From Pseudomonadota bacterium (GTDB taxonomy: Archaea > Thermoplasmatota > SW-10-69-26 > JACQPN01 > JAJPHT01), in contig JAJPHT010000020.1 in the NCBI GenBank assembly GCA_021325135.1, positions 23,377 to 87,376 of the forward strand: DNA of 64,000 nt. Reading direction: 5' to 3'. The translations under genes and the position numbers were made by a program. Shown piece after piece: positions 23,822 through 32,289 of the stretch (its first letter is position 1; each line of letters starts with the position of its first letter). The notes beneath the pieces were generated by a model. That model was not told the origin of the DNA. It ran no database searches and saw only the letters and a program-made list of their open reading frames with translations.

Positions 23822-25774
23822 TTGGACGCCATCGCCCTGGCCTTCGCGGCGGACCTGGCCCTCGGGCTCTTTCTCCTGGCGCTGGCCGCCCTGGCGCCAA
23901 GGGCCGCGCGTCCCGGCCCCTCGCGCTGGCTCCTGGCGGCCTACCTTGCCCTCGTGGGGCTCGACTACGTCTCGGACGGCCTGGCGCGGCTGCTGGACGT
24001 GAAGACCCACACCCCGCTGCTCGATTGGCTCTCCATCGGCACGCAGGCGCTCGACCCGCCCGTGCTCTTCCTCTTCGCCCTGGCCGTGACGGGCGCGCGG
24101 GTGCGGTGGTCCCGCGCGCTCCCCGCGTGCGCCGGGATCCTCCTCGTCACGTTCCGGCCGCAGCTTCTGGGCATCCCCGTGCAGGTCGGGCCCTTCGCCT
24201 ACGCGGCCGTGGCGCTGGCGGCCTACGTCGGGAGCTTCGCCCTCCTGGCGCGCAGCCACCTCGCGGCCGCCGATGGCGACGAGCGCGAGCCGCGCGGCGT
24301 GCTGGTCGTCGCCTTCGGCGTCGTGTGCCTCACGCGAGTTCCCCTGGCGCTCATCGACTTCCGCATCCTGCCCGTCGGGCCGCCCGGCCGGCAGGGAAGC
24401 GCCAGCTGGATGCTGGAGGCCCTTCTCTTCGGCGCGTTCGTCGCCTTCGCGCTGCTCTCGCGCGCCTTCGCCCGGCCCTCCGCGTGGCCCCACGCCCGCC
24501 GCGTCCTCATCGCCACCGGAGCGCTGCTCACGGTCCTGGATGGCGAGTGGCTGCTGCGGTTCGTCCCCTACCTCCAGGCGCCCTCCTACGCGCTGCTCTG
24601 GTCGGCGCGGTGGTTCCTCTTCCTTGCCGTCGTCATCGCGGGGCTGCGCCGCCACGACCTGCTCGGGCTCTCCGCCACCGTGGCGCCTTGGCTGCGCAGG
24701 ACGTATGCGGCGCTCCTTGGCGTCGTGGCGGCCGTGCTCGCCGCCTCCTTCGCGCGGGCGCTCCCGGGCGTGTCGGACCTGGGCGCGGCCGCAGCCGGCG
24801 CCGCCGTGGTGGGCGCGGGGGTGGGCGCCGGCTTCGCCATCCGCGCGGCGGTGCCCAGGACGCCTTCGGAGGCCGAGTGGCGGCGCGCCGCCGTCTATCG
24901 CGCGCACCTGGCGCTGGGCTCGCCGCCTGCGGAGCTGGACGCCGCTCGCCGCGAGCTTGGCCTCTCGGAGCGGGAGGCGCGCGCCATCGCGAGCGCCTTC
25001 CGCGTGGAGCGGGAGGTCCCCGCCGACGCGCTGCCGGAGCGCGTGGAGCCCGGCCACGTCCTCCTGGGCCGCTATCGCGTGGAGCGGGTGCTGGGCGTGG
25101 GCGCCTTCGGCCGCGCCTACTCCGCCGTGGACCTTGCCGAGGAGCGTCGCGTCGTCCTGAAGGAGTTGCTCCCGTCGTGGCGCGGAGACGAGGAGGCCCT
25201 CGCCCGGTTCCTCCGCGAGGCGGAGGTCGCGCTGCGCGTCCGCCACCCCAACCTCGTGGGGCTGCGCGGCATCGAGCGGCTCGCCTCGGGGCACGTCCTG
25301 GTGCTGGACCACGTCGAGGGCGAGACGCTCGCGGCGCGCCTGGCCCGCGGACCCCTGGAGGAGGCGGAGTCGCGCCGCCTCGCCCGGGACGTCCTGGAGG
25401 CGCTCGACGCCCTGCATCGGCGCGGCATCCTGCATCGCGACGTGAAGCCCGAGAACGTCATGCTGCGGCCCGACGGCTCCGCGGTGCTGCTGGACTTCGG
25501 CGCCGCCACGGCCCCCGGGACCGGCACGCGCCCCGCGCTGGGCCACCCCGGCACGCCGGGGTACGCGAGCCCCGAGCAGCGCCGCGGCGAGCCTTTGGCC
25601 CCCTCCAGCGACCTCTATGGCGTGGGCGCGCTCCTGTGGCGGGGCCTCACCGGCGAGCCGCACCCTCGGGGCCGGGCGCCTCCGTCCTGGGCCGCGCCCC
25701 TGGCGAAGGCCACCTCGCCGCGCCCGGAGGATCGATATCAGGACGCGGACGCGTTCCTCGCCGCCCTCTCGTGA
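23822..25774 (+). CDS. polytopic membrane Ser/Thr protein kinase (N-terminal ~10-TM sensor, C-terminal Hanks kinase)
   Basis: TTG start 4 nt after the FHA gene stop. Kinase motifs LGVGAFGRAY, VVLKEL, HRDVKPENVML, DFG, GTPGYASPE. Confidence 0.8.
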   Translation: MDAIALAFAADLALGLFLLALAALAPRAARPGPSRWLLAAYLALVGLDYVSDGLARLLDVKTHTPLLDWLSIGTQALDPPVLFLFALAVTGARVRWSRALPACAGILLVTFRPQLLGIPVQVGPFAYAAVALAAYVGSFALLARSHLAAADGDEREPRGVLVVAFGVVCLTRVPLALIDFRILPVGPPGRQGSASWMLEALLFGAFVAFALLSRAFARPSAWPHARRVLIATGALLTVLDGEWLLRFVPYLQAPSYALLWSARWFLFLAVVIAGLRRHDLLGLSATVAPWLRRTYAALLGVVAAVLAASFARALPGVSDLGAAAAGAAVVGAGVGAGFAIRAAVPRTPSEAEWRRAAVYRAHLALGSPPAELDAARRELGLSEREARAIASAFRVEREVPADALPERVEPGHVLLGRYRVERVLGVGAFGRAYSAVDLAEERRVVLKELLPSWRGDEEALARFLREAEVALRVRHPNLVGLRGIERLASGHVLVLDHVEGETLAARLARGPLEEAESRRLARDVLEALDALHRRGILHRDVKPENVMLRPDGSAVLLDFGAATAPGTGTRPALGHPGTPGYASPEQRRGEPLAPSSDLYGVGALLWRGLTGEPHPRGRAPPSWAAPLAKATSPRPEDRYQDADAFLAALS

Positions 25775-25808
25775 TGGCGCCAGGGATCGTCGGGGCGGCG
25801 CCGTCGCC

Positions 25809-27008
25809 CTAGCGCGGCCCGCCGCCCAGCTTCACGGGCACGCCGCGGCCGCGGTTCCCGACCTTGCCCAGGTGCACGGAGAGCTGCCCCGTGTCGTGGG
25901 GCTTCTCGTCCTCGGTGGGGTCGTCGAAGCGCCGCAGGATCGCGTAGTACGTGTCGCGCTGCGCGGGGACGTAGCCCCCTTCGCGGAGGTAGCGCCGCGC
26001 CGCGGGCGGGTCCATGCCGAAGAGCGTGCCCGCCGCGCTGATGACGTTCTCCTCCATGAGCACGCCGCCCCAGTCGTTGGCGCCCATCTGGAGCGCCACC
26101 TGCGCGACCTTCGGGCCCTCGGTGACCCAGCCGGCCTGCACGTTGGCGAAGTTGTCCAGGTAGAGCCGCGAGAGCGCGATGGTCCTCAGGTAGTCCTCGG
26201 TGGTGGCGTGGCTCTTCTTGAGGCGCGTGCTGCCGTCGGTCTGGAAGCTCCACGGGATGAAGGCGGTGAAGCCGCGCGCTCCGCGGGCGACGGCGCGGTC
26301 CTGCACCTCGCGCACGCGGTCCAGGTGCTCCACGCGGTGGCGCCACTCCTCGCCCATGCCGAACATCATGGTGGCGGTGGAGGTCATGCCCAGCTTGTGG
26401 CACTCCTCGTGGATCTCCATGTAGACCGAGGCCTTGGTCTTCAGCGGCGAGACGCGGTCGCGGATCTCGTCCGAGAGGATCTCCATGCCGCCGCCGGGCA
26501 GCGACTTCAAGCCCGCGGCGCGGAAGCGCTCCAGCACCTCGCGGTAGGAGAGCTTCTCCTGCTGGGCGTAGAACTCGATCTCCGTCGCTGTAAGTGAGTG
26601 GATGTCCACCTGAGGGAAGCGCTCGCGCACCGCGCGGAAGAGCTGCTCAAGGTAGCTCATGGGCAGGTCGGGGTTGAGGCCGCCCTGGAGGAGCACCTGC
26701 GTGCCGCCCCACGCGACCAGGGGCTCGATCTTGGCGAGCACCTGCTCGATGGAGAGCGAGTAGGCGTCCTTCTCCTTCGCGGTGCGGTAGAAGCCGCAGA
26801 AGTCGCAGAGCGCGACGCACACGTTGGTGTAGTTGATGTTGCGGTCCACGACGTAGGTGACCACCTTGGGGTCGGTCACGGCGTTGCGGCGCGCGTTGGC
26901 CGCCGCCGCGAGGTCGAGGAAGGGCGCCTGCGCGACGAGGACGCCCTCCTCCGGGGTCAGGCGGCCGCCCTGCGCGGCCTTGTCGAGAAGCTGCTGGACG
27001 CGGGTCAT
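25809..27008 (-). CDS. radical SAM menaquinone biosynthesis enzyme, MqnC/MqnE family (MqnC-like)
   Basis: DRNINYTNVCVALCDFCGFYR CxxxCxxC cluster, GGTQVLLQGG, and a TIM-barrel radical SAM layout as in futalosine-pathway cyclases/synthases. Overlaps mqnA by ATGA. Confidence 0.75.
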   Translation of the reverse strand: MTRVQQLLDKAAQGGRLTPEEGVLVAQAPFLDLAAAANARRNAVTDPKVVTYVVDRNINYTNVCVALCDFCGFYRTAKEKDAYSLSIEQVLAKIEPLVAWGGTQVLLQGGLNPDLPMSYLEQLFRAVRERFPQVDIHSLTATEIEFYAQQEKLSYREVLERFRAAGLKSLPGGGMEILSDEIRDRVSPLKTKASVYMEIHEECHKLGMTSTATMMFGMGEEWRHRVEHLDRVREVQDRAVARGARGFTAFIPWSFQTDGSTRLKKSHATTEDYLRTIALSRLYLDNFANVQAGWVTEGPKVAQVALQMGANDWGGVLMEENVISAAGTLFGMDPPAARRYLREGGYVPAQRDTYYAILRRFDDPTEDEKPHDTGQLSVHLGKVGNRGRGVPVKLGGGPR

Positions 27009-27919
27009 GGCGCGACCTCCAGGGGCGTCAGCGGCGGGACTTTGGGCATCTCCCCCACCTTGCGCGCCAGGTCGAAGTAGCGCGCGAGGCCCGCGAGCTT
27101 GGGCGCGTCGAGGTCGTAGTTGAGGTCGCGGAAGTAGCGCTCCATGAACGCCCGCGAGAGGAAGAGCTTGCGGCGCGCGTGCTCCACGATGGGCGCGCGG
27201 TTGGCGCGCCCCCACGCCTTGCTGGCCAGGAGCGCGTGGTGCACGGCGCGCAACGCCTCGGGGTCGCGCTGGGCGAAGTCGCGGCGGGCGGCCCACACGG
27301 CGAACACCATGGGCGTGCCGGTCCAGCGCGTCCACTCGTCGGCGAGGTCGAGGCGCCCCAGGTTGGGGTACGCCAGCGAGGCGCGCAGCGCGGCGTCGCC
27401 GATGAGGAGCACGCCGTCGTAGGCGTGGCCGATCTCCTCCAGGTCCGCGTCGCCCTGCACGATCGCGGCGTCGAGGCCGAGGCGCTCGCGCATGAGGATC
27501 TTCAGCAGCACGACGCTGGTGGCGCTCTCTCCGGTCACGCACACCTTCCCGCCGCGCAGCGATTCGACGCCGTTGCGGAAGAAGAGGGACACGCTGTGGA
27601 CGAACCCCGTGCTGTTGATGGAGAGGCCCGGCAGAAGCTCCAGCGAGTCCGCATGCTGCGCGTAGGCGAAGCTGGACACGGGGCTCACCTGGAGGGCACC
27701 CGAGGCCAGCTGCGCGTTGAGCGTCGTGGGCGGCGCCTTCACGAGCTCCGCGCCCGGGGGCAGCGGCACCGCGCCCGTCTCCAGGCCGTAGTAGACGGGG
27801 AGCGAGTTGAGGTAGTCGATATACCCGAGTCTTACGGGGGCGGCTCGCGAGCCGCCCCCGTAAGACTCGGGTGCGCGACGAACGCTGCGTTCGTCGCTGT
27901 AGCCCACGCGGACCTTCAT
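27005..27919 (-). CDS. mqnA: chorismate dehydratase MqnA (futalosine pathway)
   Basis: LGYIDYLNSLPVYYGL N-terminal motif, VitK2_biosynth fold signature, and placement between two Mqn radical SAM genes. Codons 8-33 are a palindromic insertion. Confidence 0.8.
   Translation of the reverse strand: MKVRVGYSDERSVRRAPESYGGGSRAAPVRLGYIDYLNSLPVYYGLETGAVPLPPGAELVKAPPTTLNAQLASGALQVSPVSSFAYAQHADSLELLPGLSINSTGFVHSVSLFFRNGVESLRGGKVCVTGESATSVVLLKILMRERLGLDAAIVQGDADLEEIGHAYDGVLLIGDAALRASLAYPNLGRLDLADEWTRWTGTPMVFAVWAARRDFAQRDPEALRAVHHALLASKAWGRANRAPIVEHARRKLFLSRAFMERYFRDLNYDLDAPKLAGLARYFDLARKVGEMPKVPPLTPLEVAP
27823..27897. repeat. two adjacent perfect palindromes inside the mqnA coding sequence
   Basis: 27824-27871 is a 48-nt perfect palindrome CCCGAGTCTTACGGGGGCGGCTCG|CGAGCCGCCCCCGTAAGACTCGGG (50 nt with the flanking A/T). 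27875-27897 is a 23-nt perfect palindrome GCGACGAACGC-T-GCGTTCGTCGC. Confidence 0.9.
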
Positions 27920-29038
27920 TCAGGCCACCGCCAGGGGCGTCAGCTCGCGGGGGATGGGGTGATAGCTTCCGAAGGCGTACTCGGGGACGAAGCCCGCGCT
28001 GGTGATGAGGGGCGTGAGGTCCTCCTTCTTGACGAAGGCCCACGTCTTGCCTCCGGCCGCCTGGAGGATGCGCTCCTCGAAGGCCGCGCCGCCGATGTCG
28101 TCGACGCCGAAGTGCAGCGCGACCTGCGCCATGGGCTTGCCCACGGTGACCCACGGGAGCTTGATGTGGGAGACGTTGTCCAGGTAGAGCCGCGCGATGC
28201 TCACCATGCGCAGCGTGTCGAACGCGCTGGGGCCCATGGCGCCGGTCTTGGCGTGGAGCTCCGTGTTCTCGGGGTTCCACGCGAGGCCCAGGAAGGCGTT
28301 GAAGCCGCGGGTGCGGTCCTGCATCTCGCGGACGCGGCGCAGGTGGTCGACGCGCTCCTCCGCCGTCTCCACGTGGCCGTAGAGGATGCTCACGTTGGTG
28401 GGGATGCCCAGCGCGTGCGCCTCCTCGTGGACCTGGAGGAAGCGGTCGCCCGCGATCTTGGTGGCCATCATGCGCTTGCGCGCCTCGGGATGGAACACCT
28501 CCGCGCCGCCCCCGGGAATGCTATCAAGGCCAGCGGCACGGAGACGCCGCAGCGTCTCCGTGATCGACAGCTTCTCGCGCTTGGCGAGGAAGTCGACCTC
28601 GACGCCGGTCATGCCCTGGATGTGGGCCTGGGGGCTGACCTTCTTGAGGCGCCGGAACATCTCCTCGAAGTAGGCGAGGTCGCACTCAGGGGTGAGGCCG
28701 CCCACGACGTGCCACTCGTTGACGCCCACCTTGGCGGCGGCCTTGGCTTTCTCCTCGATCTCGTCCAGGGTCATGAGGTAGGCCTTCTCGCTGCCGCTCT
28801 TGGCGAAGAAGGCGCAGAACCCGCAGTCCGCGGCGCAGATGTTGGTGTGGTTGACGTTGAGGTCCGTGCGGGTGTAGACCTTGTTGCCGTGGCGCTTCGC
28901 GCGCTCGCGGTGCGCCAGCCTGCCCAGGGCGACGACGTCCTGCACGGCGAAGAGGGCCAGGGCGTCCTCGTCGGTGATCCGCTCGCTCCTGGCGAGCTTG
29001 CGCTCGACCTCGTCCAGGATGGGCATTCTCATCGGCAT
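27920..29038 (-). CDS. radical SAM menaquinone biosynthesis enzyme, MqnC/MqnE family (MqnE-like)
   Basis: NVNHTNICAADCGFCAFF cluster and VGGLTPE. The stop abuts the mqnA ATG (TGAATG). Start at one of three ATGs: 29038, 29032 or 29026. Confidence 0.75.
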   Translation of the reverse strand: MPMRMPILDEVERKLARSERITDEDALALFAVQDVVALGRLAHRERAKRHGNKVYTRTDLNVNHTNICAADCGFCAFFAKSGSEKAYLMTLDEIEEKAKAAAKVGVNEWHVVGGLTPECDLAYFEEMFRRLKKVSPQAHIQGMTGVEVDFLAKREKLSITETLRRLRAAGLDSIPGGGAEVFHPEARKRMMATKIAGDRFLQVHEEAHALGIPTNVSILYGHVETAEERVDHLRRVREMQDRTRGFNAFLGLAWNPENTELHAKTGAMGPSAFDTLRMVSIARLYLDNVSHIKLPWVTVGKPMAQVALHFGVDDIGGAAFEERILQAAGGKTWAFVKKEDLTPLITSAGFVPEYAFGSYHPIPRELTPLAVA

Positions 29039-29055
29039 CGGCGAGGGGGCGGCGG

Positions 29056-29069
29056 CTTTTAAGGGTATC
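29056..29069 (-). promoter_or_regulatory. promoter-like motif GATACCCTTAAAAG upstream of the mqn operon
   Basis: Lies 31 nt upstream of ATG 29038 and 37 nt upstream of ATG 29032 (minus strand). Confidence 0.4.
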
Positions 29070-29131
29070 ACCCTGGAGCCACGTTGGGATGGGGGTTTTC
29101 CGCCGGGGGGCGGCCCACTCCGCCGCGAGTG

Positions 29132-29983
29132 TCACGCGAGGCGCGGGGCCGCGAAGGTGACCGGGTCCAGGGGGCCGGTGGTGGCGTGGCTGCCGTCGGC
29201 GAAGCCCAGGGTGGCGACGGGGTCGATCTCGGCGGGGGGCGAGGCGTCCTCCAGCGTGAAGAGCATCCCCATCATGGCGCCCGCGGGCACGACCACGTGG
29301 TAGGGGTCCGCCGCGTCGTCCAGGCCCGCGAGGCGCCCGGCGTCAGAGCGGGCGAGGACGCTGAACGCCTTGCCGTCGGAGACGAGGGGGCGGCCGGTGC
29401 GCAGGTCGCGGAAGGAGACGTCCACGGTCTCGTTGCGCCCGGTGCCGTTGCACAGGACGTAGGCGTAGCGCGCGCCGCCGCCGGTGGGCACGTCCTTGGC
29501 GCCCGCGCTCTGCACCACGGAGACGCGCCCAGGGCAGGGCGGGCCGTCGGGGACCGCGACGGTGCGCGACTCGCCGTGGCCCACGGCCTGCCCGTCCTGG
29601 GCGAAGGAGTACGAGACGTGGAGGTCCGCGGGCGCGTCCGCGGGGACCGGGAGGAACGAGGTCGCGATGAGGAAGCCGTCCTGCCCGAACGCCTTCATGG
29701 GCGCGTGGATCGAGTCGTCGACGCCCGCTTCAGGCACGCGGATGAGCAGGTCGCCGGTGAAGTCCTGGGCGCCTGCGTTGGAGGCCAGGGAGAAGATGGC
29801 GGCCACGTGCCCGCGAGGAGCGGGGAAGATCACGAGGGGGTCGAGGGTGGGGTAGGGGCCCGTGGCGCTGGCGAGCCACGGCGATCCCGTGGGGTCGAGG
29901 GCGGGGTCGGCGCGCGTCGCGCCGGGAAGGACCAGGGGGGCAAGCAGCGCCAGGAGGGTGGCGGCCCGCAGGATGCCTCGCAC
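29132..29983 (-). CDS. secreted protein, unknown function
   Basis: MRGILRAATLLALLAPLVLPGATRA signal peptide. 283 aa with normal composition and no recognisable domain. Confidence 0.55.
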   Translation of the reverse strand: MRGILRAATLLALLAPLVLPGATRADPALDPTGSPWLASATGPYPTLDPLVIFPAPRGHVAAIFSLASNAGAQDFTGDLLIRVPEAGVDDSIHAPMKAFGQDGFLIATSFLPVPADAPADLHVSYSFAQDGQAVGHGESRTVAVPDGPPCPGRVSVVQSAGAKDVPTGGGARYAYVLCNGTGRNETVDVSFRDLRTGRPLVSDGKAFSVLARSDAGRLAGLDDAADPYHVVVPAGAMMGMLFTLEDASPPAEIDPVATLGFADGSHATTGPLDPVTFAAPRLA

Positions 29984-30029
29984 GCGCGGGAAGCGCCTCG
30001 GCCCTCCATCACGCTTCGGGTGTCACCCG

Positions 30030-30896
30030 TCAGTGGGAACGCTGCACGGCCTCGGCCTGGAGCCCGCCCACGACGACGGGGAGCGCGGCGCGGACGAGCG
30101 CGAGGACCTTGCCGTCCAGCGAGCCCGAGGGCGCGGGGGTCCACGTCCAGTCGATCCCTGCGAACGGGTCGCGCCCCGTTCGCGAGGCCGGATCGTCGGC
30201 CTGCTGGTCCAGCGGGGCCACGCGGCAGAGGGAGTCGGAGAGCACCAGCATGGCGCCCGCGCGGAAGCCGCGCTTCTTGGCCACGGCATAGAGGCCGGCG
30301 GTCTCCATGTCCACGGCGTGCGCGCCGCGGGCGCGGTACCGCTTGGCCTTGCCCACGGTTTCCCGGTAGGGCGTGTCGGTGGTCCAGACGGTGCCGCACT
30401 GGTACGCGACGCCCGGGTCCTCGCCCAGGCTCATCTCCAGCGCGTCCTTCATGATGGGCGTCGCCGCGACCTCGTCGGTGGAGTCCAGGTACGCGCGCGA
30501 CGTGCCGTCCTCGCCCAGCGCGCGCTCCACCACGAGGAGGTCGCCGCTTTGGAGGAGCGGGTGGACGATGCCCGCGAAGCCGATGCCCACGAACGTGTCG
30601 ACGCCGCACGCGTGGAGCTTGTCCGCGACCAGCGCCGTGGCGGGCGCGCCAATTCCAGGGTTGACGAGGATGAAAGGCTCGCCGGCCCACGTTCCGCGGT
30701 AGAGCTTCGCGACGCCGGCCTTGAGGTCCGTGGGCTTGGCGTGCGACACCTGCCGCACGACCTCGAAGAGGGGCTCGCCCCACGTCAGGAGCGCGCGCAT
30801 GGGCACGCTTCCGGGCGCGACCTGCGCGCCCCCGTGCTCCGCGCGCCGCTTGAGGCCCGCGAGGGGCGTCACGATCTCGCGGTCGTCGTCGCTCAT
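30030..30896 (-). CDS. PNP/UDP family-1 nucleoside phosphorylase/hydrolase (possible futalosine hydrolase role)
   Basis: GIGAPATALVADKL..., GFAG..., and DMETAGLYAVA motifs of the PNP_UDP_1 fold. Start at MSDDDREIV. Confidence 0.7.
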   Translation of the reverse strand: MSDDDREIVTPLAGLKRRAEHGGAQVAPGSVPMRALLTWGEPLFEVVRQVSHAKPTDLKAGVAKLYRGTWAGEPFILVNPGIGAPATALVADKLHACGVDTFVGIGFAGIVHPLLQSGDLLVVERALGEDGTSRAYLDSTDEVAATPIMKDALEMSLGEDPGVAYQCGTVWTTDTPYRETVGKAKRYRARGAHAVDMETAGLYAVAKKRGFRAGAMLVLSDSLCRVAPLDQQADDPASRTGRDPFAGIDWTWTPAPSGSLDGKVLALVRAALPVVVGGLQAEAVQRSH

Positions 30897-31020
30897 GCTG
30901 CCGCCCAAGCCGCCCCCCGCACTTATGTCTATTCGTGCGCGGCGATGGCTTGGGGGCCACCGGGACGCCGAAGGAACAAACTCGCGGGGGCGGGGCGTCT
31001 TGGCGGGCCGGAACGGCGAG

Positions 31021-31034
31021 GATACCTTCAAGAT
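31021..31034 (+). promoter_or_regulatory. promoter-like motif GATACCTTCAAGAT upstream of the 76-aa gene
   Basis: First base is 37 nt upstream of ATG 31058. Confidence 0.4.
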
Positions 31035-31057
31035 TGGAACCCGCTCTCGCCGCCCTC

Positions 31058-31288
31058 ATGCCCGAGCCCTCGGAGAAGCCCGCGCCCGTGGAGGCCACGA
31101 AGAAGTTCGAGGGCCCCGTCACCATCGAGCGCTCGTTCAAGGTGGACGGCAAGAAGCTCACCGTCCTCGTCACGTTCCCCGCGGGGGTGGTCAAGGAGGT
31201 GGGCATGGAGCAGCTTCTCCTGGCCGCGAACCGCGCCATCGTGACGGTGGACTCCAAGAACCACGCCGTGGACCAGTTCCGCCCGTGA
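31058..31288 (+). CDS. small hypothetical protein
   Basis: 76 aa from MPEPSEKPAP. The promoter-like GATACCTTCAAGAT motif lies 37 nt upstream. High GC3. Confidence 0.45.
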   Translation: MPEPSEKPAPVEATKKFEGPVTIERSFKVDGKKLTVLVTFPAGVVKEVGMEQLLLAANRAIVTVDSKNHAVDQFRP

Positions 31289-31294
31289 GGGGCC

Positions 31295-31924
31295 ATGCGG
31301 CGCGTCGCGGTGGACGGGGGCGAGGTCATCCTCGTGGCCACCGTGCAGGGGCTCGTCGCGGAGGCGGAGCGCGTGCGGGAGGCCTTCGAGGCGACGCAGC
31401 CGCGCGCCGTGGCGCTGGGCGTCTCGCCCGAGGCCGCCGCGGCGCTGCTGCGCCATGAGCCCGTGGAGGGCGTGGACCCCTTCGACGACCTGCCCGACGC
31501 GGAGCTCGCCTACTCCGTGCGCCTCCAGGAGTACGGGCCCGTCGCGCTGCCTCCGCCCGACCTCATGGAGGCCGTGCGCCTCGCGCGCGCCGCTGATGTG
31601 CCCGTGCGCGGCGCGGACCTGCCCGAGGCGCGCTACGAGGACGTGTTCGCCTCCGAGGTCTCCGCGTGGGGCCTGCTGCGCTACGGGCGCGTGCAGCGCA
31701 AGCTCGTGAAGCGCCCCCCGAAGGCGGCCGACGCGCGCGCGTTTGCCCTGGCGTGGGACGCCGCCGTGCGTCGCGTCAAGGGCATCGACCGCGTCGAGCG
31801 CGCGCGGGAGGCGCACATCGCCAGCGCCGCGCGCCTCATCGCGCGGGAGGTGGGCAGCCCCGCCCTCCTCGTGCTGGACGCCGCGCGGGAAGCCGGCGTG
31901 CTCCAGGCCCTCGGCGTTGCGTGA
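31295..31924 (+). CDS. hypothetical protein (weak TraB/GumN-like resemblance)
   Basis: 209-aa ORF 7 nt after the previous gene. The N-terminal VILVATVQGLVAEAERV..PRAVALGVSPE layout resembles TraB-family proteins, but the GTAH motif is not conserved. Confidence 0.5.
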   Translation: MRRVAVDGGEVILVATVQGLVAEAERVREAFEATQPRAVALGVSPEAAAALLRHEPVEGVDPFDDLPDAELAYSVRLQEYGPVALPPPDLMEAVRLARAADVPVRGADLPEARYEDVFASEVSAWGLLRYGRVQRKLVKRPPKAADARAFALAWDAAVRRVKGIDRVERAREAHIASAARLIAREVGSPALLVLDAAREAGVLQALGVA

Positions 31925-31988
31925 AGGGTCGCGGCAGGCCGCCTGGATTGCGGGTAGCTTCATGTGGAGAAGCGGCTAAAGGGTCCCG

Positions 31989-32282
31989 ATGCGCGCTGCC
32001 CTCCGCGAGACCGGGTCCATCCTCGTCCGCGCGCCCCGCGACCGGGTCTTCGAGGCGATCAAGGAGGCGATGGAGGGCGAGCCCGACCTCCGCGCCGAGG
32101 CGGCCCGCCGCGTCGAGTCCCCCTTCTCCACCTTCGTCCTGCGGGACGCCCCCGGAGGGGGCACCGAGGTCATCCACGCGCGCCGCGAGAGCCTCACCCT
32201 GGGCGCGTCGCGCCGCCCCCGCGACGAGCTTCGCGCGCAGGTCGAGCTTGATCTGTTCCGGTTGGCGCAGAAGTTCTCCTGA
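31989..32282 (+). CDS. small hypothetical protein
   Basis: 97-aa ORF with host-like codon usage. Followed 8 nt later by a MITE-like palindrome. Confidence 0.45.
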   Translation: MRAALRETGSILVRAPRDRVFEAIKEAMEGEPDLRAEAARRVESPFSTFVLRDAPGGGTEVIHARRESLTLGASRRPRDELRAQVELDLFRLAQKFS

Positions 32283-32289
32283 GCCCTTT

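Noticed and set aside
27821-27898. Interpreting the mqnA insert as an intein, an intron or a sequencing frameshift.
   Set aside because: At 78 nt it is far too short for an intein or a group I/II intron. It is a multiple of three with no stop, and the flanking protein sequence is continuous with the MqnA consensus. An assembly fold-back artefact remains the main alternative and is listed as a refutation test.
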